Origin: Oscillospiraceae bacterium
GTDB taxonomy: Bacteria; Bacillota; Clostridia; Oscillospirales; CAG-272
DNA length: 64,000 bases
Assembly (NCBI GenBank): GCA_015064285.1
Contig: SVSN01000006.1
Span: forward strand, 6,975-70,974
Direction of reading: 5' to 3'
The translations under genes and the position numbers were made by a program. Shown in pieces: positions 1 to 9,464 of this stretch. The notes under the pieces were generated by a model. That model searched no databases, was not told the DNA's origin, and saw only the letters and a list, made by a program, of their open reading frames with translations. Position 1 is the first letter of the stretch; the number at the start of each line of letters is the position of its first letter.

Positions 1-170
1 AGGCGGCGATTCTATCCCTGCTGGAAACGGAGTCTGTCAGCCATCACGCCGACCCCACTCTTGTGAACATCATAAACGAGGAGGTCTACACCTACCTGTC
101 CGGCGACCATTCCGCTGAGGACACCGCCCACATCCTGCAGAGCCGGATTTCCACCTACCTTGCGGAGTGA
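1..170 (+). CDS. 3' end of a CDS entering from the left edge (last 55 codons; product not identifiable, tail resembles C-termini of solute-binding lipoproteins)
   Basis: Frame 3 is open from the window edge to TGA 168-170 (...DTAHILQSRISTYLAE*). Codons are GC3-rich like neighbouring genes. Confidence 0.35.
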   Translation, partial: AAILSLLETESVSHHADPTLVNIINEEVYTYLSGDHSAEDTAHILQSRISTYLAE

Positions 171-318
171 AAATCGCATAAATATACAGAGGAAAGCTCC
201 CGGTTCTGCGGATTTCGGGGGCATTCCTGTTTATTTTTCACCAAATGCCTCCCCCCGCCTTGTGGGAAACGCCCGGTTTTCGTATGAATATACCATACAT
301 CTCCGTTGAATGTTTCCA

Positions 319-347
319 TTGACAACTGACGCTTTTTTCCATATAAT
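319..347 (+). promoter_or_regulatory. sigma-A type promoter of the aspartate kinase gene
   Basis: TTGACA 319-324, exact 17-nt spacer, TATAAT 342-347. It lies about 30 nt before the start codon. Confidence 0.6.
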
Positions 348-379
348 TATAGTATTGCAGAGTATACCCATATCATGAG

Positions 380-1720
380 ATGATGAGGAAAAATAAGTTG
401 GAAAGACAGATTAAAGTAGTCAAGTTCGGCGGCAGCTCCCTTGCCAGCGCTGAACAGTTCAAGAAAGTAAAAGACATCATTACCGCTGAGGAAAGCCGCC
501 GTTTTGTGGTTCCCTCCGCGCCCGGCAAGCGTTTCAGCGGAGACACCAAAGTGACAGATATGCTGTACGAATGCTACAACGTATCCGCCAGAGGCGAAGA
601 CATCACCGACATTTTCGCAGGGGTTCGCCAGCGCTACAACCAGATCATCGAAGGTCTGGGCCTGTCCCTGAATCTGGACGAAGAATACACCCACATCGAA
701 TGGGCCATCGCCCACCACGCAGGCCGTGACTACGCCGCCAGCCGTGGGGAATACCTGAACGGTATGATTCTGGCCGCTTATCTGGGTTATGACTTCATCG
801 ATCCCGCGCCTTTCGTACGGTTCGCCGACAACGGTGTGTACGATGCGGAAACCTCCCACAACCTGCTGACCGCTGAGCTGGCCAAGCACGAAACCGGCGT
901 TATCCCCGGCTTCTACGGTTCCATGCCCAACGGCACCATCCGCACCTTCTCCCGCGGCGGTTCCGATATCACCGGTTCCATCGTGGCAAGAGCGGTAAAC
1001 GCTGACATTTATGAAAACTGGACCGACGTAAACGGCTTCCTGATGGCCGACCCCCGGATCGTGGAAAATCCCAAGGGGATTGAAATCATCACCTACCGGG
1101 AACTGCGTGAGCTGTCCTACATGGGTGCAGGTGTGCTCCACGAAGACGCCATTTTCCCGGTTCGCTTCGCCGGTATCCCGGTCAACATCCGGAACACCAA
1201 CAACCCCGGCGACCCCGGCACCATGATCGTATCCAGCACCGACAAGTACGATACCGAGTCCATCATCACCGGTGTGGCCGGCAAGAAGGGCTTCTCCGTT
1301 GTAACCATAGAAAAGGCCATGATGAACGCAGAACGGGGCTTCGGCCGGAAAGTTCTGGAAGCCATCGAAAACGAAGGTATGTCCTTCGAGCATCTGCCCT
1401 CCGGCATCGACACCATGAGCGTAGTACTGAACTCCGCCGAGCTGGAACACTGCCGTGACCGGATCGTAAGCCGCATCAAATCCCTGGTAGAACCGGATTC
1501 TGTCTCCATTGACGACGGTCTGGCACTGGTTGCCGTTGTAGGCCGGGGCATGGTTATGGCAAAAGGTACAGCTGCCCGTGTGTTCAACGCCTGCGGCAAG
1601 GCCGGTGTCAATATCCGCATGATCGACCAGGGTTCCTCTGAGCTGAACATCATCATCGGTGTGGTGGAAGAAGATTTCGAAAAGGCCCTGTCTGCCATCT
1701 ACCACGAATTTGTAAAATAA
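380..1720 (+). CDS. aspartate kinase
   Basis: 446-aa ORF. It has the N-terminal VVKFGGSSLAS amino-acid-kinase ATP site and a C-terminal ACT-like regulatory half. In-frame TTG 398 behind GAGGA is an alternative start. Confidence 0.9.
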   Translation: MMRKNKLERQIKVVKFGGSSLASAEQFKKVKDIITAEESRRFVVPSAPGKRFSGDTKVTDMLYECYNVSARGEDITDIFAGVRQRYNQIIEGLGLSLNLDEEYTHIEWAIAHHAGRDYAASRGEYLNGMILAAYLGYDFIDPAPFVRFADNGVYDAETSHNLLTAELAKHETGVIPGFYGSMPNGTIRTFSRGGSDITGSIVARAVNADIYENWTDVNGFLMADPRIVENPKGIEIITYRELRELSYMGAGVLHEDAIFPVRFAGIPVNIRNTNNPGDPGTMIVSSTDKYDTESIITGVAGKKGFSVVTIEKAMMNAERGFGRKVLEAIENEGMSFEHLPSGIDTMSVVLNSAELEHCRDRIVSRIKSLVEPDSVSIDDGLALVAVVGRGMVMAKGTAARVFNACGKAGVNIRMIDQGSSELNIIIGVVEEDFEKALSAIYHEFVK

Positions 1721-1725
1721 AAAAC

Positions 1726-1750
1726 GGGAGGGCTTTCGCTCTCCCATTTT
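1726..1750. terminator. bidirectional intrinsic terminator between convergent genes
   Basis: Hairpin GGGAGgGC-tttc-GCtCTCCC is flanked by an A-run upstream and ATTTT downstream. Confidence 0.6.
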
Positions 1751-1765
1751 GCTTTTCCGCTTTGT

Positions 1766-2116
1766 TTATTCCTTATCCGGGAATACGTGCAGGGGCAGTT
1801 CGGTACCACCGATGATGTGGAAATGCAGGTGCTGTACGCTCTGTCCCGCATCGGGGCCGCAGTTGGAGATCAGACGGTAGCCGTTCTTCACCCCGGCCAT
1901 CTTGGCAATTTCCGGAATCTTTTCAAAAATCTTTGCCACCACGGCGCTGTTGCCCTCATTCACTTCGTCCATGGAGCCGATGTGGCACTTGGGGATCACC
2001 AGAACGTGAACCGGTGCTTCCGGCGCGATGTCGTGGAAGGCCAGCATATTGTCGTCTTCGTATACCTTCTTGGAGGGAATCTCCCCGGCGATAATCTTAC
2101 AGAATAAGCAGTCCAT
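1766..2116 (-). CDS. HIT (histidine triad) family protein
   Basis: 116 aa with the histidine-triad motif HLHFHIIGG near the C-terminus. Confidence 0.9.
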   Translation of the reverse strand: MDCLFCKIIAGEIPSKKVYEDDNMLAFHDIAPEAPVHVLVIPKCHIGSMDEVNEGNSAVVAKIFEKIPEIAKMAGVKNGYRLISNCGPDAGQSVQHLHFHIIGGTELPLHVFPDKE

Positions 2117-2191
2117 TGTGTAAACTCCTTCGATACATTGGTTTTCAACCGTATTGTATCACATAAATCACAAAAAATCAAGGGAATCCAT

Positions 2192-3025
2192 ATGAAAGTA
2201 TTTGATATACACACCCACACCTATCCGGAAAAAATTTCGGACAAGGCCGTAGTCAGCCTCAACGCATTTTACAATTTCGTCTGCGAAGGCAAGGGCACCT
2301 ATGCGGATCTGGAAAGCCAGGCGGCGGACAACCATGTAAAGGGCTACCTGCTCTTTTCCGTGGCCACCAATCCCCATCAGGTTCCCAAAGTCAACGACTC
2401 CATCGCCGCTCTGGCAGAACATTCCCGCTCTCAGGGATATCTGACCGTGGGTTTTGCGGGCATGCACCAGGACTACGAAGATTTCGAGGGCGAAGTGGAG
2501 CGCGCCATCGCCATGGGTCTGCAGGGCATCAAGATTCACCCGGACATTCAGGGGGTGGATATCGACGATCCCCGGCTGTTCCGTCTGTACGAAATCATGG
2601 AGGGCCGGATTCCCCTGTATCTGCACATGGGCGACGACCGTCCCCAGTACCGCTTCTCCGAGCCGAAAAAACTGGCCCGCACACTGGAATGCTTCCCGAA
2701 GCTGGAGGCAGTGGCTGCCCATCTGGGCGGATACAAGGCCGCCGATGAAGCCATCGAATATCTGGCCGGCAACGACAGAGTGTGGTACGACACCTCCAGC
2801 GCTCTCTGGTACCTGACACCGGAACGGGCGGGCGGGATCATCCATGCCCTGAACCCGGAAAAGGTCATGTTCGGCACCGACTATCCCGTCAAGAACCCGG
2901 CAGGAGAGCTGGAACGGTTCTCCGCCATCCCCGGTCTGACCGATCGTGAAAGAGAAGACATTCTGTGGAACAACGCCGTCCGTTTCCTCCGTCTGGAAGA
3001 ACAGGCGAAAGCACTGGGGCTGTGA
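2192..3025 (+). CDS. amidohydrolase-family metal-dependent hydrolase (PF04909-like TIM barrel)
   Basis: ORF trimmed to ATG 2192 (MKVFDIHTHTYP..). It has an N-terminal HxH metal site, internal HMGD and C-terminal FGTDYP. Confidence 0.8.
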   Translation: MKVFDIHTHTYPEKISDKAVVSLNAFYNFVCEGKGTYADLESQAADNHVKGYLLFSVATNPHQVPKVNDSIAALAEHSRSQGYLTVGFAGMHQDYEDFEGEVERAIAMGLQGIKIHPDIQGVDIDDPRLFRLYEIMEGRIPLYLHMGDDRPQYRFSEPKKLARTLECFPKLEAVAAHLGGYKAADEAIEYLAGNDRVWYDTSSALWYLTPERAGGIIHALNPEKVMFGTDYPVKNPAGELERFSAIPGLTDREREDILWNNAVRFLRLEEQAKALGL

Positions 3026-4104
3026 TGATGGTACCGGAAATCTGGAACAAGCCGTCCCTCTGGGATGTGCTGGCGGCAGAAAAACGTCCCATCTTCCTGT
3101 ACGGTACCGGCAACGGCGGGGATAAAATCCTGGACGTATGCGCCGCCCGGGGCATCTCCGTCACCGGTGTATTTGCCTCCGACGGATTTGTCCGCAGCCG
3201 CACGTTCCGGGATATGCCGGTACAGGCGTACAGCGATGTGACTGCCGCTTACGGAGAAGATATCGTGATCCTGCTGGCATTCGGCACCACCCTGCCGGAA
3301 GTCACAGCATTTATCGATATGCTGGATGAAAAGCACCCCCTGTACATTCCGGAAGTCCCCCTGTACGGCGGTGCCCTGTTTGACAGAGAACTGCTGACAG
3401 CGGTACATCCGACCCTGACAGAACTGCGCTCCCTTCTGGCGGATGAGCATTCCCGGCTGCTGTTTGACGATGCCATCCTGTTCCGCCTGACCGGAGAGAG
3501 AAAATACCTCCGCCGCACCACCGATCCCACCGCGGATATCCGCACCCTTTTCGCCGGCCGGGACATCCGCACCATGCTGGACGGCGGTGCCTTCCGGGGA
3601 GACAGTGCCGCCATGTACGCCGAAGCCATTCCGACACTGGAAGTGATCCACGCCGCCGAAGCTGACCAGCGTACCCACAGACATCTGTGTGCGTATGCCG
3701 AAAGCGAAACCCGCTGTCAGGTAATTCCCCATCACTGCGCCCTGTGGGACAGCGATGGAGAACTGACCTACACCTCCTCTGCCAGCCGCGGATCGGGTAC
3801 TGCCGGACAGAACCACCGGGCAAAGACCGTCACCGTCACCGCCCTCACCATCGACACCCTTTTCCGGGACACCAAACCGGATTTAATCAAACTGGACGTG
3901 GAAGGGGCTGAAAACAATGCCCTGCGGGGTGCTGAAAAAACCATCCTGACCCATCGTCCTGCCATGTCCGTCTCGCTCTACCACCGCACCGAAGACCTGT
4001 GGACGCTCCCCTGGCTGCTCCACGAATTTCTTCCGGAGAAAAAACTGTATCTCCGCCGACCGGACTGCATTCCCTTCTGGGATCTGACTCTGTTTGCACT
4101 GTAA
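3025..4104 (+). CDS. FkbM-family SAM-dependent methyltransferase with N-terminal Rossmann-like extension
   Basis: ATG 3025 overlaps the upstream TGA (TGATG). It carries the DLIKLDVEGAENNALRGAEKTI motif typical of FkbM methyltransferases. Confidence 0.75.
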   Translation: MMVPEIWNKPSLWDVLAAEKRPIFLYGTGNGGDKILDVCAARGISVTGVFASDGFVRSRTFRDMPVQAYSDVTAAYGEDIVILLAFGTTLPEVTAFIDMLDEKHPLYIPEVPLYGGALFDRELLTAVHPTLTELRSLLADEHSRLLFDDAILFRLTGERKYLRRTTDPTADIRTLFAGRDIRTMLDGGAFRGDSAAMYAEAIPTLEVIHAAEADQRTHRHLCAYAESETRCQVIPHHCALWDSDGELTYTSSASRGSGTAGQNHRAKTVTVTALTIDTLFRDTKPDLIKLDVEGAENNALRGAEKTILTHRPAMSVSLYHRTEDLWTLPWLLHEFLPEKKLYLRRPDCIPFWDLTLFAL

Positions 4105-4108
4105 TCTG

Positions 4109-4138
4109 CTTCTGACTTCTTACATCTTATCTCTTATA
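4109..4138 (-). repeat. heptad TAAGARR array, single arm (site A)
   Basis: Minus strand reads TATAAGAGATAAGATGTAAGAAGTCAGAAG, with TAA every 7 nt (all three frames). It lies between two plus-strand genes. Confidence 0.6.
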
Positions 4139-4157
4139 TGAAAACGCGGAGGTTCCC

Positions 4158-4856
4158 ATGTCTGTTTGTTTCATTGCCCATCGTGGCTACAGCAGCAAAT
4201 ATCTGATGAACACCGAAGAAGCCTTTCTGAAAGCGGTGGAACACGGTTCCGGCGGCATCGAAACCGATGTACGGATCACCGCCGACGGGGTTCTGGTGGT
4301 CTGTCACGACAGCGACGCCGTTTTTGAAGACGGAACCCGGCTGGAGATCGCCGATGCCACTTTCGCACAGCTGACGGAAAAGCCGCTGAAGAATCCTTTC
4401 ACCGACACAAAGCTGTATCTCTGCACCTTCCGGCGGTATCTGGAAATCTGCCGTGACGGGCACATGATCTGCTTTATCGAGTTCAAGGGTTCCTTCCCGG
4501 ACGAAAAAATTACGGAAGCCTTCCGAATGGCGGAAGAAGTATACGACCTGTCCATGTGCTCTCTCCAGTCCTTCGATTACGACAACCTGCTCCGTGCCCA
4601 TGCCGCTTTCCCTGCCCTGAACATCATGCTCACCTGCTGGGAGCACAACACCGATGTGGACCGCTGTCTGGCTGATGGCTTCGACATTGACATGGACTAC
4701 CGGAATATCAAAGACAGTACCGTGGCACAGTTCCATCGGGCGGGACTGAAGGTAGGTCTGTGGACAGCCAACACCAGAGAAGCACTGGATTTCTGCCTTG
4801 CCAAAGGAGCGGACTATATTGAGTCCGATGTGTTCGCCGATGCGGACGGGAACTGA
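4158..4856 (+). CDS. glycerophosphodiester phosphodiesterase family protein
   Basis: IAHRGYS...ETDVRITADGVLVVCHD signature; GGAGG 7 nt upstream of the ATG. Confidence 0.85.
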   Translation: MSVCFIAHRGYSSKYLMNTEEAFLKAVEHGSGGIETDVRITADGVLVVCHDSDAVFEDGTRLEIADATFAQLTEKPLKNPFTDTKLYLCTFRRYLEICRDGHMICFIEFKGSFPDEKITEAFRMAEEVYDLSMCSLQSFDYDNLLRAHAAFPALNIMLTCWEHNTDVDRCLADGFDIDMDYRNIKDSTVAQFHRAGLKVGLWTANTREALDFCLAKGADYIESDVFADADGN

Positions 4857-4918
4857 ACAGAGACAAAAATACCGTATCTCCTCTTTATGCAAGAGAAAGA
4901 AACGGCGTTTTTTCATAT

Positions 4919-5464
4919 TCACAGCATCTTCGTCATCAGAATATCGTCCCGGTAAGTCCCGTCACGCATGCGAAAGGCATCCGGCCGCCGTCCCGTAATC
5001 TCAAATCCCATTTTGGTGTACAGCGCCAGTCCGCGCTGGTTACCGTCAGTCATTTCCAGCTCCATCTGCCGCAGTCCTCTCTCCCGGGAAATCCGGATCA
5101 TCTCCTCAAAGAGCGCCGTGCCGATGCCAAGATTCCAGTAGGCCTGCCGGATGGCAATGCCCACCGTGGCTCTGTGCCGCATTTTCGCCTTCCGCATCAA
5201 CTGCAGCGAACAGTTTCCCGCAATCCGACCGTTCACCATGCACACAATCATAATGCTGTTTTCTGCGGCAAGCAGACTTTCCAGCTTCTGCCGCTCGATT
5301 TCCACAGTTTCGTACACTTCATCCGCTGTCCGGGAAATAAACTCGGTTTCGGACGAAATGTCCCGCAGGAAATCCAGCATTTCTTCCGCTCTTTCGGGAT
5401 CCGGCGGGACAAGCATCGCATCCGTCCCGTTTTTCAGTTTGATTTGTTTTGTTTCGTAAGTCAT
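4919..5464 (-). CDS. GNAT family N-acetyltransferase
   Basis: Trimmed to ATG 5464 behind GGAGG. It has the acetyl-CoA loop QAYWNLGIGTALF. Confidence 0.8.
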   Translation of the reverse strand: MTYETKQIKLKNGTDAMLVPPDPERAEEMLDFLRDISSETEFISRTADEVYETVEIERQKLESLLAAENSIMIVCMVNGRIAGNCSLQLMRKAKMRHRATVGIAIRQAYWNLGIGTALFEEMIRISRERGLRQMELEMTDGNQRGLALYTKMGFEITGRRPDAFRMRDGTYRDDILMTKML

Positions 5465-5559
5465 GTCTGCCTCCTTATACAGAATAAAGCATCTTCCTTC
5501 CACATTTTGAAAAGAAGATGCTCCATTATACCACATATGGTATGTTCTGTCAAGAAATA

Positions 5560-6135
5560 TTATTCCACATTCTCCGCGGAAAAAGTGATTGTCAGCGCCA
5601 TGCCGGTGCTGCAGGGCAGTTCTCTGAAATCCGTTTCGCTGCGGATAGCGTTTTCTTCCGTCCCCACCTTGTAGTACAGCACAATTTCCTCTTCCAGTAC
5701 GATGTCCTCAGTGTTCTGCAGTCGTTCCTCCACCATCATAAGCGGTGCGGAAAACTCCGCCAGCACTGGAAAAGTATACTTGCTCTGTCCCGTTTCGCTG
5801 ACCTGGATCAGATCTATTTCCGACTCCTTCACCCGCAGAACAATATCCCGCTCGGTCATTTCCTTATTACCCTTCACGTTCCCGGCACTGGTCCATTCCC
5901 CGTTCTCATAGAACCAGATCTGCAGGTTTACGGATTTCACCGAATCATCGGTAACATACGTAAAGAACATTACTTCATCATCCAGTATGTCCAGAACCTT
6001 CTTCGTTTCCGCAGAAAACTCCGTGGGGTAAATGGTCATAGGCTTGCCTGTGGTTTTTCCGTCCTCCTGTGTCGTGCCGCATCCGACAAGCATCAGCACA
6101 GACAAAACAATCAGCAGCAGTTTCATACGTTTCAT
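5560..6135 (-). CDS. hypothetical lipoprotein
   Basis: Trimmed to ATG 6135 behind GAGGTGA. It has a signal peptide with lipobox LMLVGCG. No recognisable domain. Confidence 0.7.
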   Translation of the reverse strand: MKRMKLLLIVLSVLMLVGCGTTQEDGKTTGKPMTIYPTEFSAETKKVLDILDDEVMFFTYVTDDSVKSVNLQIWFYENGEWTSAGNVKGNKEMTERDIVLRVKESEIDLIQVSETGQSKYTFPVLAEFSAPLMMVEERLQNTEDIVLEEEIVLYYKVGTEENAIRSETDFRELPCSTGMALTITFSAENVE

Positions 6136-6145
6136 AGGATTCACC

Positions 6146-6922
6146 TCACAGCACCGTATACGTACAGCTCTCAAAAATTCCCACCTCAGCCCCGGTCAGA
6201 TGCCGGATTACATCTGCCAGCACATAACATACCGGGAATTCCGTATCATAATGTCCTGCTTCCAGAGTTACGATTCCCTCCTCCGCCGCTTCACCCGCCA
6301 TGTTGTAGCCGGCATCCCCGGTGAGAAACACATCCGCTCCGGCAGAGAGCGCAGGATAGATAAAGTCCTTCCCGTCCCCGCCGCAGACCGCAAGTCGTTT
6401 TACCAGCCTGTCCGGATCCCCGTTCAGCCGCACCATGGGGAAACCGAATTCCGTTTTCAGTCTTTCCGCCAGTTTCCCAGCCGTTACAGGCGGATCCAGT
6501 GTGACAAGCCGTCCCAGTGTCGGTGCTTCTTCGTCCCCGAATACCCCGTCCGGCTGCAGTTTCAGTGCCCCGCAAAGCGCATCGTTCACACCGCCTTCTG
6601 CCGCATCCAGCCGGGTGTGGAAGGACAGCACCGTAATCCCGTTCTGCAGCGCTTTCAGCACATGGCGTCCGTGCACCGAATTCGGAGAGATGGATTTCAG
6701 TCCCCGGAACAGCATGGGATGATGGGTCACCACCACATCAAAGCCACCGTTTACCGCATGGTCCAGTGTTTCCGCTGTGGCATCCAGGGCTACCAGCACC
6801 CGTTTCACTTCCGCATCCGGATCGGGACAGACCATCATACCGTCGTTGTCCCAGGGACAGGACAGACTTTTCGGATATTTTTCGTCCAGTGCTTTATACA
6901 GTTCCCCAACCGTCATGTTCAT
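6146..6922 (-). CDS. Nif3-like dinuclear metal center protein (YqfO family)
   Basis: ATG 6922 overlaps the trmK stop (ATGA). It has VVTHHPMLFRG and GHYDTE motifs. trmK-nif3 synteny matches yqfN-yqfO of Bacillus. Confidence 0.85.
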   Translation of the reverse strand: MNMTVGELYKALDEKYPKSLSCPWDNDGMMVCPDPDAEVKRVLVALDATAETLDHAVNGGFDVVVTHHPMLFRGLKSISPNSVHGRHVLKALQNGITVLSFHTRLDAAEGGVNDALCGALKLQPDGVFGDEEAPTLGRLVTLDPPVTAGKLAERLKTEFGFPMVRLNGDPDRLVKRLAVCGGDGKDFIYPALSAGADVFLTGDAGYNMAGEAAEEGIVTLEAGHYDTEFPVCYVLADVIRHLTGAEVGIFESCTYTVL

Positions 6923-7623
6923 ACCATCCTTTCCAGCTGTGCAAGCAGTGCTTTTTCGTAAGCGGTGTCCAGTCCGCCGGCTTCTCTGCCCCGGATCTGC
7001 TTGGTCAGCGCCTTTTTGTGCCGTTCCATCCATGCCGGGTACAGCGGATCCTGCCGGTCCATTTCCCGTCCCGCAAGCAGTTCCCCTTCGGTATACACAA
7101 CCTTTTCACCGGCAGCATATTCCGCCCGGATACAGCTGTACACCCGTCCCGCCGCCTGACATAGCACCTCTTCCCGGATCAAAAATCCGTCTTCCAGCAG
7201 GCTTTTCCGCAGTTCATATCCGCTGGACATGGGCTGCAGAATCAGACTGCACTTCTTCTCCTTCACATACGCCGACCGGGTCACAATGGCCGCAATCAGT
7301 TCGCCCCCCATACCGCAGATACATACATCGGTGACACCGTTTTTCTCCGGCTCCACACCGTCCAGTCCGTCGCACAGGTACAGTGCCAGTCTGTCGGCTA
7401 CACCGTATTTGATGCTGTTTTCCCTGGCTCTGTCCAGAGGCCCTTTGTTGATATCCGAAGCCACTGCGAAAGAACAGATTCCCTGCTGCAGCAGCCAGAT
7501 GGGAATATACCCATGATCCGTTCCAACGTCCACCGTCACACCGCCGGGCCGCACCAGTGAAGCCGCCGTTTTCAGCCGGTCATCCGGCAGGGAAAGGACA
7601 GGGAATACACCGTTTTCATTCAT
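6919..7623 (-). CDS. trmK: tRNA (adenine(22)-N(1))-methyltransferase TrmK
   Basis: VDVGTDHGYIPIWLL SAM motif and overall TrmK layout. The ATG 7623 start is preferred over GTG 7632. Confidence 0.8.
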   Translation of the reverse strand: MNENGVFPVLSLPDDRLKTAASLVRPGGVTVDVGTDHGYIPIWLLQQGICSFAVASDINKGPLDRARENSIKYGVADRLALYLCDGLDGVEPEKNGVTDVCICGMGGELIAAIVTRSAYVKEKKCSLILQPMSSGYELRKSLLEDGFLIREEVLCQAAGRVYSCIRAEYAAGEKVVYTEGELLAGREMDRQDPLYPAWMERHKKALTKQIRGREAGGLDTAYEKALLAQLERMV

Positions 7624-7635
7624 ATTGTTCACCCA

Positions 7636-7663
7636 ATAAAAACGGGCAGACTTGCATCCGCCC
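7636..7663 (-). terminator. intrinsic terminator after the DUF1858 gene
   Basis: Minus strand has GGGCGGA-tgcaag-TCTGCCC (one mismatch) followed by a U-run. Confidence 0.55.
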
Positions 7664-7677
7664 TGTTTTTTCTTTGT

Positions 7678-7881
7678 TTATTTCTTGGTTGCGAAGTATT
7701 CGTTCAGCTTGGCGATCAGCGCGTCTGCGTCTGTGCCGTGTACTTCACAGGCGTCTTCAATGCATTCGCCTCTGGATACCGGGCAATCCAGGCAGTGCAT
7801 GCCGATTTCCAGGAAAAACTGACCTGCTTCTTCGTCAAAATCCAGAATATCACCGATAATGGTTTCTCTCGTTACTTCCAT
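7678..7881 (-). CDS. DUF1858 / hybrid-cluster-protein-associated redox disulfide domain protein
   Basis: 67 aa. The GMHCLDCPVSRGECIEDACEVHG pattern matches the small CxxC redox-disulfide family. Confidence 0.75.
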   Translation of the reverse strand: MEVTRETIIGDILDFDEEAGQFFLEIGMHCLDCPVSRGECIEDACEVHGTDADALIAKLNEYFATKK

Positions 7882-7909
7882 GGTATTTATACTCCTTTGC
7901 GTTTTGGTT

Positions 7910-9202
7910 TCAGTTGGCTTTTTTTACGTTGCTGACCGGATCCGGCACTGTTATCCGACGGATATCGGCACCCAGTCCCTGCAGCTTTCCGCAGATATCA
8001 TCATACCCACGTTCAATCAATTTAATTTCGGAAATTTCTGTCTCACCTTCACACATGAGCGCAGCAATCATCACGGCAATCCCGCCCCGCAGGTCTGTGG
8101 CAATCACCGGTGCCGCTGTCAGCTGTGTAGGCCCTTCGATATACACGATGCGGCCTTCCACCTTGATCTGCGCACCCATTCGGTTCAGTTCTTCCACATA
8201 CCGGAACCGGTTGTCATAAATGCTTTCGTTGATGTAGCTGACCCCTTCGGCACGGCACAGCATAGCCGTCATCTGGGGATGCATATCTGTGGGGAACCCG
8301 GGATACGGCAGGGTTTTCACGCTGGTCTTCCGCATCTTTGCACAGCCCGTTACGTGCACCGCATCGTCAAATTCTTCCACATCTGCGCCTACTTCGATAA
8401 GCTTTGCGGTAATGGATTCCAGATGCTTGGGGATGACGTTATTAATCCGCACGGAACCGGCTGTAGCGGCAGCTGCCACCATAAAGGAGCCTGCTTCGAT
8501 CATATCGGGAATAATGGCGTAGGTACAGCCGTGCAGTTCTTCCACACCTCTGATCTTGATCACATCAGACCCGGCACCGGTAATATTGGCACCGCAGGAG
8601 TTGAGGAAGTTGGCGCAGTCCACGATATGGGGTTCTTTGGCCGCATTGTCGATGTAAGTAGTGCCTTCTGCCGTAGCCGCCGCAATCATGATATTCAGCG
8701 TTGCACCCACGGTAGATACATCAAAGAAGATACTGGCGCTTTTCGGCCCGTCTTCCGATGTGATTTCCACATAACCACCTTCGGTATTTACCACGCCGCC
8801 CATAGCTTCAAAGCCCTTGATATGCTGGTCGATCGGCCGTACACCAAAATCGCACCCGCCGGGCAGACCAACTCTCGCTCTGCCGAACCGGCCGAATTCC
8901 GCCCCCAGCAGATAATAAGATCCGCGGATTCTCCGTACCAGTTCATACTCGGAGGAACAGGGAATCACGTCCGTACAGTCCACTTCGTAGGTAGTCCGAT
9001 CCAGCATACGGATCTTTGCCCCCATACCCTTCAGAATCTCGAAGGAACAGGTAATGTCACTGATGTTCGGTATATTTTCCAGAACGATCTTGTCTTTCAC
9101 CAGTACACAGGCATATATGATGGGAAGCGCAGCGTTCTTGAAACCGCTGACTTCCACACTCCCCATCAGCGGTGTGCCGCCCCGCACCAATATTTTTTCC
9201 AT
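7910..9202 (-). CDS. murA: UDP-N-acetylglucosamine 1-carboxyvinyltransferase
   Basis: MEKILVRGGTPLMGSVEVSGFKNAALPI N-terminus and active-site LPGGCDFGVRPID. The start is uncertain among ATG 9202, 9214 and 9229. Confidence 0.9.
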   Translation of the reverse strand: MEKILVRGGTPLMGSVEVSGFKNAALPIIYACVLVKDKIVLENIPNISDITCSFEILKGMGAKIRMLDRTTYEVDCTDVIPCSSEYELVRRIRGSYYLLGAEFGRFGRARVGLPGGCDFGVRPIDQHIKGFEAMGGVVNTEGGYVEITSEDGPKSASIFFDVSTVGATLNIMIAAATAEGTTYIDNAAKEPHIVDCANFLNSCGANITGAGSDVIKIRGVEELHGCTYAIIPDMIEAGSFMVAAAATAGSVRINNVIPKHLESITAKLIEVGADVEEFDDAVHVTGCAKMRKTSVKTLPYPGFPTDMHPQMTAMLCRAEGVSYINESIYDNRFRYVEELNRMGAQIKVEGRIVYIEGPTQLTAAPVIATDLRGGIAVMIAALMCEGETEISEIKLIERGYDDICGKLQGLGADIRRITVPDPVSNVKKAN

Positions 9203-9464
9203 GTCAAGTACCATGCCTTTCTTCCCCATCCCAATGGCGGACGGGCGCGTTTTTACCGGTGTTCCGGTATATTTATCAAAGCCGCAGACCAGCTTCCGAT
9301 GTCTGATCGGATGCTGCGGGAAATATTACAAATTCAAACGATGCAACAGGCATAAATCGCCGCAACGATACAGCATATATTATAACAGGAATGAAACCAA
9401 ATGAAAAGGGTTTTTTGCCATGATTTTCACATCCTTCATATTTTCCGGTAATTTCGCCTGCAAG

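Noticed and set aside
171-379. Possible lysine riboswitch or T-box upstream of aspartate kinase.
   Set aside because: A consensus promoter ends at 347, only about 30 nt before the start codon. No leader long enough for a riboswitch exists.
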